Source of the DNA: Squalus acanthias
Lineage: Eukaryota
DNA length: 64,000 bases
Assembly: GCA_030390025.1 (NCBI GenBank)
Contig: CM059431.1
Coordinates: 157,730,001 to 157,794,000 of the forward strand
Direction of reading: 5' to 3'
Shown: piece by piece, positions 39,591 through 51,790 of the stretch
Layout: each line of letters begins with the position of its first letter
Numbering within the stretch: the stretch's first letter is position 1
Position numbers and translations under genes: made by a program
Notes under the pieces: model-generated
Seen by the model: the letters and a program-made list of their open reading frames with translations, nothing else
Database searches by the model: none
What the model was told of the DNA's origin: nothing

Positions 39591-41260
39591 TTCTTGAACA
39601 CTCGCCAGAGGGAATAGTTTTTCTCTGTCTACTCTATCAAACCTCACATCATCCTGAAAACCTCTATTAGGCCTCCTCTTAACTTCTCTGTTCAAAGGAG
39701 AGCAATCCTAACTTTTCCAACTACTCATAACTGAAGTCCCTCATCCCTGGTAACATCCTGGTAAACCTCCTCTGTTCCCTTTCTAAGGCCTTTACATCTT
39801 CCCTGAAGTCTGGTGCTCAGAATTGTCAACAATACTCCAGCTGAGGATTTACCAGTGATTTATAAAGTTCTAACTGATCTCTTCTCTTTTATAATCTATT
39901 CCTCTATTTAAAAACCAAGTAAACCAGGTTATTTTGTAACCAACTTATAAACTTGCCCTGTCACCTTTAAGGATTTGTTGTTTGGACACCTAGGTTCCTC
40001 TGATTATTTAAACGTTTCAAAATTGTGCCATTTATAGCACACTGTCTTTCCATTTTAGTCCTCCCAATGTGCATCAACTACACTTATCAACACTTCTCTG
40101 CCATGCTTCTTCCCATCTCACCATCCTTGCTATGTCATCCTGAAGCCTATAACGAACCTCATCATTATCTACTACTTTTCCAAGTGTCGTGGCATCTGCA
40201 AACTTTGTAATGCTGCTCCCTAGGTTGTTTATAAAAAAAAATGAAAAGAGTAATGGACCCAAAATGACCCTTGGGGAACAACAAGCAAACTACCTCCCAG
40301 TCTGCAAAACAGCCATCCACTATTACCTTTTGCTTCCTATCACTGAGCCAATTTTGTAGCCATACGCCACTTTCCACTTTCCAAAAAGCCGCATATCCAA
40401 ACCAAATATCCAATTTTGCCGATATATGCGGCATTGTAAGCAATGTAGATGGAAACATAACATTTCAAAGAAATATTAATAGATTAAGTGACTGGACAAA
40501 ACTGTGGCACATGGATTTTAACGTACGCAAATGTGAGATCATCGACTTTGGACCTAAAAAGGATAGATCAGAATACTTTCTAAATGGTGAAAAGCTAGAA
40601 ACAGTGGAGGTCCAAATAAACCTATGGGTCCGTGTACATAGATCATTAAAATATCCTGGACAGGTACAGAAAATAATCAAAAAGGCTAACGGAATGCTGG
40701 GATTTATATCTAGCCGACTAGATTATAAGAGGTAGAAGTTTTGCTACGGCTATACAAAGCCCTGGTTAAACCATACCTGGAATACTGTGTTCAGTCCTGG
40801 GCATCACACCTTAGGAAGGATATGTTGGCCTTGGAGGGAGTGCAGCGTAGGTTTACAGAATTATACATAGACTCCAAGGGTTATATTACGTGAAGAGATT
40901 ACACAAACTAGGGCTGGATGTCTGGAATTTGGAAGGTTATGGGGTGATTTCAACGAAGTTTTCAAGATATTAAGGTGAACTGGTGGGGTAGATAGAGAGA
41001 AACATTTCCGATGGTTGGGGAGTCTAGGTTTGGGGATCACTTCTATATGCAAAGGGTGGTTGTCATTTGGAACTCTGTTCCACAAACGGCAGTTGATGCT
41101 AGGTCAATTGTTAATTTAAAATCTGAAGTTGATGAATTTTTATTAACTAATGAATTCTGGGGGCAAAGGCTGTTATATTGAGCTCGGTCACAGTTCAGCC
41201 ATGATCTCAATGAATGGCAGAACAGGCCCGAGGTGTTAAATGACCTACTCCTGTTTTATG
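39590..41260. mobile_element. Two decayed CR1 fragments head-to-head (minus ~39590-40380, plus ~40400-41260)
   Basis: Minus 'ITKFADATTLG'; plus 'ISNFAD...FNVRKCEII.FG...KKANGMLGFI'. Confidence 0.8.
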
Positions 41261-41302
41261 TCACTGCACGAATCTGGAGATTACAATTATGATATAAATG
41301 AA

Positions 41303-41376
41303 CACCTGACCACGGACCTGAACCCTGGACCTTGAGATTATAATGTCTGATGCTTTACTGACAGAGCAATCCACGC
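41303..41376 (-). pseudogene. tRNA-Lys(UUU)-derived pseudogene
   Basis: The reverse complement aligns along its length to the vertebrate tRNA-Lys(UUU) sequence (gcatcagac..aatct...gtccagggttca.gtcc), but has an anticodon-loop insertion/substitution and a broken acceptor stem. Confidence 0.8.
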
Positions 41377-41390
41377 TCTGAATCTTAGGC

Positions 41391-42758
41391 TCACAAAGCG
41401 ACCTTCACTGGCTGACGTGTATCATTACACCCTCTATATTTTCCATTTGCTTCTCCATTGATCCACTCTGTACAGCACATTTCTCTCACACACCTAGACT
41501 GACTGCCTCACACAGGCTACACTTGAGGAATATTCTCCCTCCCACAAACGACACGCTCTTTAGCAGCGGCGTCAGATGTGAGAAGTGCTGTTCCCCAGCT
41601 ATCTGTATTGGATCTTCAACTTTTCACCATGTTTATTATTGACTTAGACGGAGCAACAGAGTGTTATAGATCCATGTTTGAAGATCGCAGTAAGTTAGGA
41701 AGCACGGTAGTAGTGCAAATGGAAGCAGGACTTAACCAAAGGGACAGAGACAGATAAAGTGAGTGGGCAAAACAAGACAACTTGAATTCATTGTGCGCAA
41801 GTGTGACCTCATCCAATTTGGATCGAAGTAAGATAATCAGTTTATTTTCTAAATGATTGAGGAGAAAAGAGGTGTGTGAGTGCCAGTTCCCAAATCATTA
41901 AACACTAGTAGACATGTACAGACATCAGTCAGAAGTCTAATGTAATCCTGCCCTTTATCTCAAGTGGGCTGGACATGGAGGAGGAGTTTAAGCGTCAGTT
42001 GTATGGACCCTTGTTCAGTGTCATCAGAATTACTGCATTCAGATACTGCCTGACCTGCTGAATATTTCCAGCATTTTCAGTTTTTATTTCAGATTTCCAG
42101 CATCCGCAGTATTTTGCTTTTGCAATAGAAATCTGGAACCCTGTTCTCAAAGAGGCTGTGGATTTTCGGTAAAGTGGTGGTTTCAAGACTGATAAAAAAA
42201 TCCGGCTTCCATGCGAATTTTCGAATTGTATCAATCAGTTTTGCTAACGTTCACACAGAGACCTTCACTGGCTGGCGTGCTTCAATACACCCTCTACATT
42301 GTGCATTTCCTTCTCCAGTAATCTCGCCTGTACAGCGCATTTCTATCACACACCCAGACTGACTGCCTCTCACAGGCTTCACTTCAGAAATATTCTCCCT
42401 CCCACAAGCGAGACGCTCCTTAGCAGCGGCGTCAGATGTGAGAAGTGCTGTTCCCCAGATATCTTTATTGGATCGTCATCCTTTCACCATATTTATTAAT
42501 GACTTCGATGGAGCAACAGTGTGCGGCAGCTCCAAGTTCGCACTAAGTTTGGAGGCACTGCAGTAGTAAGCGACAGAGACAGATGAAGAGACTGGGCAAA
42601 ATTAATGCAAATCGAGTTAATTGTACAAAAGATCATCCACTTTGGAACCAAGTAAGATAACTCGGAGTATTTTCTAAAGGATGGGAAGCTATTAACTCTT
42701 GCGGAGCAAAGAGGTTTGTGAGTCCCAGTTCACAAATTATTAAAAACTACTATACATG
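41391..42758 (+). repeat. Local direct duplication (41391-41916 vs 42251-42758) containing decayed CR1 RT
   Basis: Shared accttcactggctg...tagcagcggcgtcagatgtgagaagtgctgttccccag; offset ~860 bp. Confidence 0.85.
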
Positions 42759-43242
42759 GGTAAAAATGCATTCGATAAATTCACTCATAAGAGACTCTTA
42801 GCTAAAGTTGAACATCGTGGAAGTGAAGGCAAATTATTGTCCTGGTTAGGAAATGGGTTGAGCGACAGGAAACACAGTATTTGGATAATGGGCAGGTACT
42901 TCATTTGGAAGAATATGACTAGTGGTGGCCCGAGGGTTCTGTGTTGGGGCCTCACCTATTCACCATATTTATTAATGAATTAGATGATGAAATTGAGAGC
43001 CACGTATCCAAGTTGGACGATGAAACAGATAGGCAGCATTGTAAGAAGCGTAGATGGAAGCAAAGCATTACATGGTGATATTAATAGATTGTGAATGAGC
43101 AAGATTGTGGCAATTGGATTTAACTTTGGCATATGTGAGGTCATCCACTTAGGAACAAAAAAGAATAGGTCAGAATACGTTCTACATGGTGAAAAGCTAG
43201 AAAAAGTGGCGGTCCAAAAAGACTAGGGGTTCCGTGTACCTA

Positions 43243-44310
43243 TGGGTACAGTAGCATAGCGGTTATGTTATTTGACTAGTTGGTCATCCCGAGAGATGGG
43301 TTCAAATTCCCCCTACGGCAGCTCAGGAACTTAAATTCAATTACATTCTTCTTCTTAGGCAGTCCCTCGGAACAGAGGATGACTAGCTTCCACGCTAAAA
43401 ATGAATTCACATGTGACTAATGTGTCTAATGCGGGACCTACAGTCTCTGTCACAGGTGGGACAGACGGTGCTTAAAGCTTCGATGCCGGGGATGTTGGCC
43501 TGAGCGAGAACACTGACGTTGGTGCGCCTATCCTGCCAACGGATTTGCAGGATCTTGCGGAGGCATCGTTGGTGTTACCTCTCCAGTGCTTTGAGGTGCC
43601 TGCTGTACATGGTCCATGTCTCTGAGGCATACAGGAGGGCAGGTATCAATACTGCTCTGCAGACCATGAGCTTGTTGCTGTATTTGAGGTCCCGGTCTTC
43701 AAACAATCTCTTCCTCAGGCGACCGAAGGCTGCACTGGCACACAAAAGGCTGTGTTGGAATTCGTCATCAGCGTCTGACCGTGTTGGCAGCAGGCACCCG
43801 AGTTATGGAAAGTGGTCCACGTTGTCCAAGGCCTCGTCCTGGATTTTGATAATCGTGGAGCACTACTGTCTGGCTGGGGCAGGCTGGTAGAGGATCTTGT
43901 ATTACGGATGTTTAGTGTAAGGCCCATGCTCTCGTACGCTTCGGTGAAGGTGTTGACGAGGGTTTGGAGATTGACCTCCGAGTGTGCGCAGACTATGAAT
44001 TATTTAAATATATATATATATACATATAAATATAAATTGACATTAAATATAAATATAAATGTCAATTAAATAATAAATCAGTAATGGCAAAACGACCACA
44101 TTGTCGCAAAAATGCATCTGGTTCACCAATAGAAGCAAATCTGTCGTTCTGGTCTATATGTGATTCCAGACCCACAACAATGTGGTTAACTCTTAACTGC
44201 CCTCTGACATGGTCTATCCAGCCACTCAGTTGTATTCAAGAATGCGGCTCACGACCATCAATAAATGCTGTCCTTCCTGGCGACGTCCACACGTCCAATG
44301 AATAAAAAAA
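43243..44310 (+). mobile_element. SacSINE1/DeuSINE-like SINE split by an RTE LINE and an (AT)n tract
   Basis: Head at 43243-43345 (gggttcaaattccc), body resumes at ~44060 (catctggttcacc...ccagacccacaacaatgtgg...aataaaaaaa). Confidence 0.7.
43346..43995 (-). mobile_element. RTE-clade LINE 3' fragment
   Basis: (gaa)n tail; minus-strand 'MGLTLNIRNT', 'LDNVDHF', 'AFGRLRKRLF', 'LLYASETWTMY' remnants. Confidence 0.8.
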
Positions 44311-44669
44311 TCATTAAAAGATCATCGGCAGGTACGAAAACAATCAACAAGTTTAATGAAAAGCTGGGGTTTATATCTAGAAGACAACAATATAGGGGTG
44401 TGCTGCTGAAGCGATTCAAAGCCCTGGTTAGAACACAGCTGGAGGTCTGGGTTCAGTTCTGGGCACTTTAGGAAGGATTTATTAGGTTTGGAGATATTAA
44501 GGCAAACTAATAAGGCAGATAGAAATAAACAATTTCCGATGTATGGGAAGTCTACGACTAGTGGACAAAGCCTAAAAAATAGAGCCAGGAGTGAAGTTAG
44601 GAAACCATTTGACGTGCAAAGGCTGGCAGAAATTTGGAATTCCCTTGCTCAAATGGCAGTTTTTCAGAG

Positions 44670-45845
44670 GTGAGGTGAGAGTGTCTGCGCTTGACATCAA
44701 GACAGCATAAAGTCGAGTGTGTCATCAAGGAGCACTAGTAAAATTGAAGTCAATGGGAATGGGGGTAAAATTCTCCACTTGCTGCAGTCATACTTAGCAC
44801 AAAAGAAAATGTTTGTTGCTGTTGGAGGCCAACCATTTGAGCCCCAGGACATCGCCTCAAGAGTTCCTCAGGGCAATGTCCAGGGCCCAACCATCTTCAG
44901 CAGCTTCAGCAATGACCTTCCCTTCATCATAAGGTCAAAAGTGGGAATGATCGCTGATGATTGCTCAGTGTTCAGTTCCACTCGCAAATCCTCAGAGAAT
45001 GAAGCAGTCCATATCCACATGCTGAAATACCTGGACGACATAAGTGACAGGTATCATTCGCGCCACGCAAGTGCCAGGCAATGACTATCTCCAACAATAG
45101 AGTGTCTAACCACCTCCCCTTGAAATTAAACGTGATTACCATCACCGAATCACCCACAATCAATATCCTGGGGTGTCACTATTGATCAGAAACGAAACTG
45201 GACCAGCCACATAGCTACTGCGGCTACAAGAGCAGGTCAGAGGCTGGGTATTCTGCGACGTGTGTCTCACCTCCTGACTCCTCAATGCCTTTCCATCATC
45301 TATCTACAAGGCACAAGTAAGGAGTGTGATGGGATACTCTCCACTTGCCTGGATAGGTTCCCCTCCAACAACACTCACGAAGCTCGATACCATCCAAGAG
45401 AAAGCAGCTCGCTTGATTGGCAATCCATACACCACCTGAAACGTTCACTCCCTCCACCACCAGTGTACCGTGGCTGCCGTGTGTACCATCTACAATATAC
45501 AATGCAGCAAATTGCCAAGGCTTCTTCGATAGCACCTCCCAAACCTGGAACCTCTACCACCTAGAAGGTTAAGGGCAGCAGATGCATGGGTACACCATCA
45601 CCTCCAAATTGCCGTCCAAGGCACATATGATACTGACTTGGAAATATATCACCGTTCCGTCATCGTTGCTGGGACAAAGTCCTGGAACTGCATTCCTAAG
45701 AGCACTATGGGAGTACTTTCACCAAACGGACTGCAGTGGTTCAAGAAGGTGGCTCACCACGACCTTCTCAAGGGCCATTAGCAATAGTGAGTAAATTCTA
45801 GCCTTGCCAGCGACGCCCACATTAGAAGAATGACAAAAAAAATTG
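44670..45845 (+). mobile_element. CR1/L2-group LINE 3' part (probable partner of the DeuSINE-like SINE)
   Basis: RVPQGNVQGPTIFS..NDLP..MIADD; 3' end gctcaccacgaccttctcaaggg...gccagcgacgcccaca shared with the SINE tails; another 3' end on minus at ~36985-37100. Confidence 0.8.
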
Positions 45846-46043
45846 TTGAAGATTAAAAAATAAATATATAAATAAATATTTTTTAACTTTTCCTTTTGTC
45901 TCTTGTATCTCTCACTCTCTTAATCACATCTTTGTTTCCTCTCTTCATTTCGCTCTCTGTACATGATTTGTCACTGAATTAACTATTCTAATTTACAGTT
46001 CCTGGTTCAGACGCTGAGAGCCTCAGTAAGGATTATTTAATCT

Positions 46044-47290
46044 GATAGAAACATAGAAACATAGAAGATAGGAGCAGGAGTAGGCCATTCGGCACCTCGA
46101 GCTTGCTCCGCCATTCGATGAGATCATGGCTGATCATCCAAACTCAGTACCCTGTCCCTGCCTTCTCCCCATATCCCTTGATACCTTTAGCCTTAAGAAA
46201 TATATCTAACTCATTCTTGAATATATTTACTGTTTTGGCCTCAACTGCCTTCTGTGGTAGAGAATTCCACAGGTTCACCACTCTCTTGGTGAAGAAATTC
46301 CTCCTCATCTCTGTCCTAAATGGCTTACCCCTTATCTTTAGACTGTGACCTCTTGTTCTGGACTTCCCCGCCATCGGGAACATCTTTCCTGCATCCAGTC
46401 TGTCTAGCCCTGTTAGAATTTCATAAGTTTCAATGAGATCTCCTCTCATTCTTCTAAACTCCAGCGAGTATAAGCCCAATCGACCCAATCTCTCCTCGTA
46501 CGTCATTCCTGCCATCCCAGGTATCAGTCTGGTGAATCTTCGCAGCACTCCCTCCATGGCAAGAACATCCTTCCTCAGATAAGGCGACCAAAACTGCACA
46601 CAATACTCAAGGTGTGGTCTCACCAAGGCCCTGTACAGCTGCAGCAAGACATCTTTGTTCCTGTACTCAAACCCTCTCGCTTCGAAGGCCAACATACAAT
46701 TTGCCTTCTTAACCGCCTGCTGCACCTGCATGCTTACCTTCAGCGACTGGTGCACAAGGACACCCAGGTCTCGTTGCATTTCTCATTCTCCCAATCTATT
46801 GCCGTTCAGATAACAATCTGCCTTCCTGTTTTTGCCACCAAAGTGGATAACCTCGCATTTATCCACATTATACTGCATCTGCCATGCTTCTGCCCAATCA
46901 CCCAACCTGTCCAAATCATACTGGGGTTTCTCGGCATCCTCCTCGCAGCATCCAGCTTTTTTCATCTGCAAACTTGGAGATATTACATCTAGTTCCCTCG
47001 TCTAGATAATTAATATATATATTGAATATCTGGGGTCCTAGGATCGATCCCTGCGGAACCCCACTAGTCACTGCCTGCCACTCGGAAAAAGACCCGTTTA
47101 TTCCACCTCTTTGTTTCCTGTCTGCCAACCAGTTCTCTATCCAAGTCAGTACCTTGCCCCCAATCCCATGTGCCTGAACTTTACACGCTAATCTCTTATG
47201 CGGGACCTTATCGAAAGCCTTCTGAAAGTCCAAATACTCCACATCCACTGGTTCTTCCTTATCTATTCTATCAGTTACATCCTCAAACAA
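46044..47290 (-). mobile_element. 5'-truncated CR1 LINE
   Basis: ORFs 46144-46779 and 46916-47290 with RT motifs; (tttctatg)n tail. Confidence 0.94.
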
Positions 47291-47489
47291 TTCCAGATTG
47301 GTTGAGGAGATGCACAGTTGCTTGTCCTGTTCACCCGGGTCCCAGATCCCCAGTACAGGGTGCCGCGCTGTTTTGGATTTCTATTCACCGCAATCCCTGA
47401 GCAAAAGCCCAGAGAAAATCTGTGGGTAAGGGGAAGTGTAATGAACAGCAAGCGATGTTAATGCACTGCTGACCGCAAAATCCAGGCCA

Positions 47490-48140
47490 CAATTTAGGAC
47501 AGATGACCAAACCTTGATCAAACCGGTAGGTTTTAAGGAGCGTCTTAAAGCAGGAGAGAGGTGGAGAGATTTAGGGATTTAATGCCAGATTTTAAGGACC
47601 GGAGAGCTGAAGGCACGGCCACCAATGGAGGGCTGAAGAATGTGGGCGATTCACAAGAGGCCGGAGTAGGAGCAACGCAGATTTCTCGGAGACATTAAAA
47701 AGCAAACCTCGCCATCAATGCTCTTGTAAGGCAGTAACTACACATGGTATGTCTTGCAGAGCTGGGGGAGTTTACAGAGTTAGGAAGGGGCGAGGCAATG
47801 ATAGAGAATTTTCAATTCGGGGCGTTTCTGGAACGGCAGCCAGTGTAGATCAGCGAGCGCAGGATTGAGCTGTGATTCGGAGTTAGTGCGAGTTAGGTAA
47901 CAGGCAGCAGAGTTTTGGATCAGCTCTTGTTTATGGAGAGCGGAAGGTGTGAGGCAGTTCAGGAGAGCTTAGAAATGTCTGGATGAGACAAAGATATGGA
48001 TGAGGATTTTGTGCCAGATGGAGCGGAGCTGATCGATGTCACACAGTCTTTGTGATGGACAGGATCTGGGGTCAGAAGCTCAACTCAGGGTCAAGCAGGA
48101 CAGCGCGGTGGACAGCAGTCCTGTTCAACCTGAGACACAG
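47490..48140 (-). mobile_element. L2-type LINE fragment
   Basis: gtaggttttaaggagcgtcttaaa...gctgaaggcacggcc...ggcagcagagttttggat; similar to 1-200 and 63300-63600. Confidence 0.55.
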
Positions 48141-48401
48141 GCCAGGGAGGGGAATACGCAGTATCTGATATTCAGTTCCATTGACTGCAATAGAACAGAA
48201 TATCAGGTGCTGCGTACAAAGAGAATATAGAACATTCAGAGGGGAAATTAAAAAGGAAGTACCAGGGGTAAAGGAATATGAGAATAGACTGGCAGCTAAC
48301 ATAAAATGGAATCCAAACGTCTTATATAGGCATATAAATAATAAAAGGGTAGTAAGAGGAGGGGTGGGGCCGATTTGGGACCAACATGGAGAACTACACA
48401 T

Positions 48402-48708
48402 GGGCAACACGGTGGCATAGTGGTTAGCACTGTTGCCTCACAGTGCCAGGGACCCGGGTTCAAATCCACAGTCTGTGTGGAGTTTGCACGTTCTCCCCGT
48501 GTCTGCGTGGGTTACCTCCGGGTGCTCCGGTTTCCTCCCACAGTCCAAAGATGTGCGGGTTAGGTTGATTTGGCTATGATAAATTGACCCTTAGTGTTAG
48601 GGGGATTAAATACGTGGGGTTACGGGGATAGGGTGGGATATGTGTCGGTGCAGGCTCGATTAAGCCTCTATCTGCACTGTGGGGATTCTGGGATTCTGTG
48701 ATTCTGTG
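48402..48708 (+). mobile_element. HE1-like V-SINE (tRNA-derived)
   Basis: A box tggcatagtgg, B box gggttcaaatcc, V-domain gtgtggagtttgcacgttctccccgtgtctgcgtgggtt...ggtttcctcccacagtccaaaga, short-repeat tail gattctgtg. Confidence 0.92.
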
Positions 48709-49201
48709 AGGCAGAGGGCATGGCAGAGATATTAAATTATTACTTTGCATCTGTCTTTACCAAGGAAGAAATGCTGCCAAAGACATAGTGAAAGAGGAGG
48801 TAGAGGAGATAATGGATGGGATAAAAATTGATAAAGAGGAGGTAGTACAATGGCTGGCAGTACTTAAAGTAGATAAGTCACCAGGACTGGATGGGATGCA
48901 TCCTAGGATACTGAGGGAGGTAATGGTGGAAATTGCGGAGGTACTGGCCATAATCTTCCAATCCTCTTTAGATACGGGGTGGTGCCAGAGGGAAGGAGAA
49001 TTACAAATGTTACACCCTGGTTCAAAAAAAGGCTGTAAGGATAAACCCAGCAACTACAGACCAGCCAGTTTAACCTCGACAGTGGGGAAGCTTTTAGAAA
49101 CGATAATCCGGGACATAAGTAGCAGTCAGTTGGACAAGTGTGGATTAACTGAGGAAAGCCAGCACGGATTTCTCAAAGGCAAATCGAATATAACTAACTT
49201 G

Positions 49202-50023
49202 TGTAAGACGTGCGGAATTACCCCTCGCCCCGTCCAACAGGTTCTAGAGTTCGGATTTTAGACTTATGAGAAATTACACCAGACACACAGGTTCTGTCTT
49301 TAACATTTTATTGTTTCTAAGACAGATTCAAAACCCCAACCACTTTTCGAGCAGTTCACCAATAATATTACAGGAAATCGTACATACAACGTGCCGCCGA
49401 TGATCCGTCCAGTGTTGATTGTAAGTCCTCGTACACGGAAAGACTGGCCAGGCCCCTCCTTCCTCTGACGGCAGCTTGATCCTCACAGGCAAGATGACTG
49501 GCCAAGCTACCTTCTTCTGACTGCATTGCTGATTTTCTTTAGCGACTGTGTTTTAAACAGCTTTCCTTGTCTTTAGCATTAAATCATTCATTCAGAGATG
49601 GTGAAATCTTCCTTTAAAGTTGATCTGAGCTGTTTGAGCTGTGAAACGTTTACACTCACACATCCTGTGTGGCTATTATTCAGTTTGTCCTTATCACAGC
49701 CCAAAATTGTTCATTCACTCCTAAAATTTACTTACAAAGTTGGCAGAGAAACACTTGGTTCGGTTCATGAGTTACGTCGTATTCTGCATTTCAAAACTTC
49801 CAAGGTTTGAGTTCTCACGTCAGAAAGATCACCAGACACACCATGTCTACAATCTGAGAGGGTATGTTTATCTCTGTTGACTACCACTACACCCTGCAGT
49901 CACAAACATGTTTCCTGCCTTATCAGTGAAAGACTGCTTGTTACATTTACGAACTTTATTTCACTATGTAAAAGCTTTTTGCCTGGCAAAGCATTTCAAG
50001 AAATATTAAAATTAAGGGTCTGT
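49202..50023. mobile_element. ~820-bp non-coding insertion, possible solo LTR
   Basis: Cleanly splits CR1 'aactaacttg|attgag'; begins TGTAAG; AATAAA on minus at ~49307; no clear CA end or TSD. Confidence 0.45.
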
Positions 50024-51279
50024 ATTGAGGTTTTTGATGAGGTAACAGAGAGGGTTGATGAGGGCAATGCGGTTTATGTGGTGTACATGGGCTTGCAAAA
50101 GGCGTTTGATAAAGTACCACATAATAGGATTGCCAGAAAAGTTGAATCCCATGGAATAAAAGGGAAAGTGATAGCATGGATGCGAAATTGGCTAAATGAC
50201 AGGAAACAGAGAGTAGTGGTGAATGGTTGTTTTTCGGACGTGAGGAAATTATGCAGTGGTGCTCTCCAGGCAACGGCACCTGGCCCACAGCTTTACTTGA
50301 TATATATGAATGATTTGGATTTGGGTGTACAGGGCCTAATTTCAAAGTTTGCAGATAACACAGAATTTGGAAGTATAGTGAACAGTGAGGAGGATAGTGA
50401 CAGACTTCAAGAGGACATAGACAGGCTGAGGGAAGGGGCGAACACGTGGCAGATGAAATTTAATGCAGAAACGTGCGAAGTGATACATTCTGGTGGGAAA
50501 AATGAGAAGAGACAATATAAGCTAAAGGGTACAATACTAAAGGGGGTGCATGAACAGAGAGAGACCTGGGGGTAGATGTGCACAAATCGTTGAAGGTGAC
50601 AGGGCAGGTTGAGAAAGCTGTTAAAAAAAACATACGTGATCCTTGGCTTAATAAGTGGAGGCATAGATTAGAACAGCGTGGAAGTTATGATGAACCTTTA
50701 TAAAATATTGGTTTGGCCTCAACTGCGGTATTGTATCCAATTCATGGCACCAGAATTTAGGAAGGATGTGAAGGCCTTAGAGAGAGCGCAGAAAAGATTT
50801 ACAAGAATGGTTCCAGGAATGAGGGACTTCAGTTACATGGATAGGCTGGAGAAGCTGGGGTTGTTCTCCTTAGAGCAGAGAAGTTTGAGAGTAGATTTGA
50901 TAGAGGTGTTCCAAATCATGAGGTGTGAAGACAGAGTAGATAGAGATAAACTGTTCCCATTGGCGTAAGGGTCGAGAACCAGAAGACACAGCTTTAAGGT
51001 GATTGGCAGAAGAACCAAAGGAGACTGGAGGAAAAACTTTTTTACGCAGCGAGTGGTTAAGCTCTGGAATGCACAGCCTGAAAGTGTGGAGGAGGCAGAT
51101 TCATTCGGGGCTTTCAAAATGGAATTCGATAAGTACGTGAAGGGAAAAAAAAAACAGGGCTACAGGAAAGGGCAGGAGACTGGGACGAGCTAAAGTGCTC
51201 TTGCAGAAAGCCGGAACGGGCTCGACGGGCCGAATGGCCCTCTTCTGTGCGTTAAATTTCTATGATTGTACAATTGTCC

Positions 51280-51790
51280 TATTAATAGCACTTTGCAATA
51301 TAATAGTATGTTGCAATGGAATAGAAATTTGCAATACAATAGAACTTTGCAATGGAATAACATTTTGCAATATAATAGTCCTTTGCAATGAAATAGCATT
51401 TTGCAATATAATAGTCCTTTGCAATGGAATATCACTTTGCAATATAATAGTCCTTTGTAATGGAATATCACTTCGCAATATAATTGCACTTTGCAACGAA
51501 ATAGTGCATTGCAATGGAATATTGCTTTGCAATGGATTAGCACTTTGCAATGGAATAGTCCTGTGTAATGGAATAGCATTTTGCAATATAATAATTCTTT
51601 GCAAGGGAGTAGTATTTTGAAATATAATAGTCCTTTGCAATGGAATATCACTTTGCAATATAATAGCCCTTTACCAATGGAATATCACTTTGCAATGGAA
51701 TATCACTTTGCAATATAATAGCCCATCCCAATGGAACATCATTCTGCAATGGAATATCACTTTGCAATATAATTACGTGTTGCAGTGGAC
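51280..51790. repeat. 18-bp minisatellite with 36-bp dimeric structure
   Basis: Alternating ctttgcaatataatagtc / ctttgcaatggaatatca. Confidence 0.93.

Larger units (their letters stand above)
48200..51270 (+). mobile_element. Decayed CR1 ORF2 interrupted by an HE1 SINE and an LTR-like insert
   Basis: ORF pieces 48181-48420, 48788-49200, 50024-50575 and 50678-51193 are collinear CR1 ORF2; tail ttctatgatt. Confidence 0.9.

Noticed and set aside
48402..48470. tRNA gene
   Set aside because: A/B boxes belong to the head of an HE1 V-SINE.
51190..51658. Cys/LRR-looking periodic ORFs
   Set aside because: 18-bp minisatellite open on both strands; no splice context.
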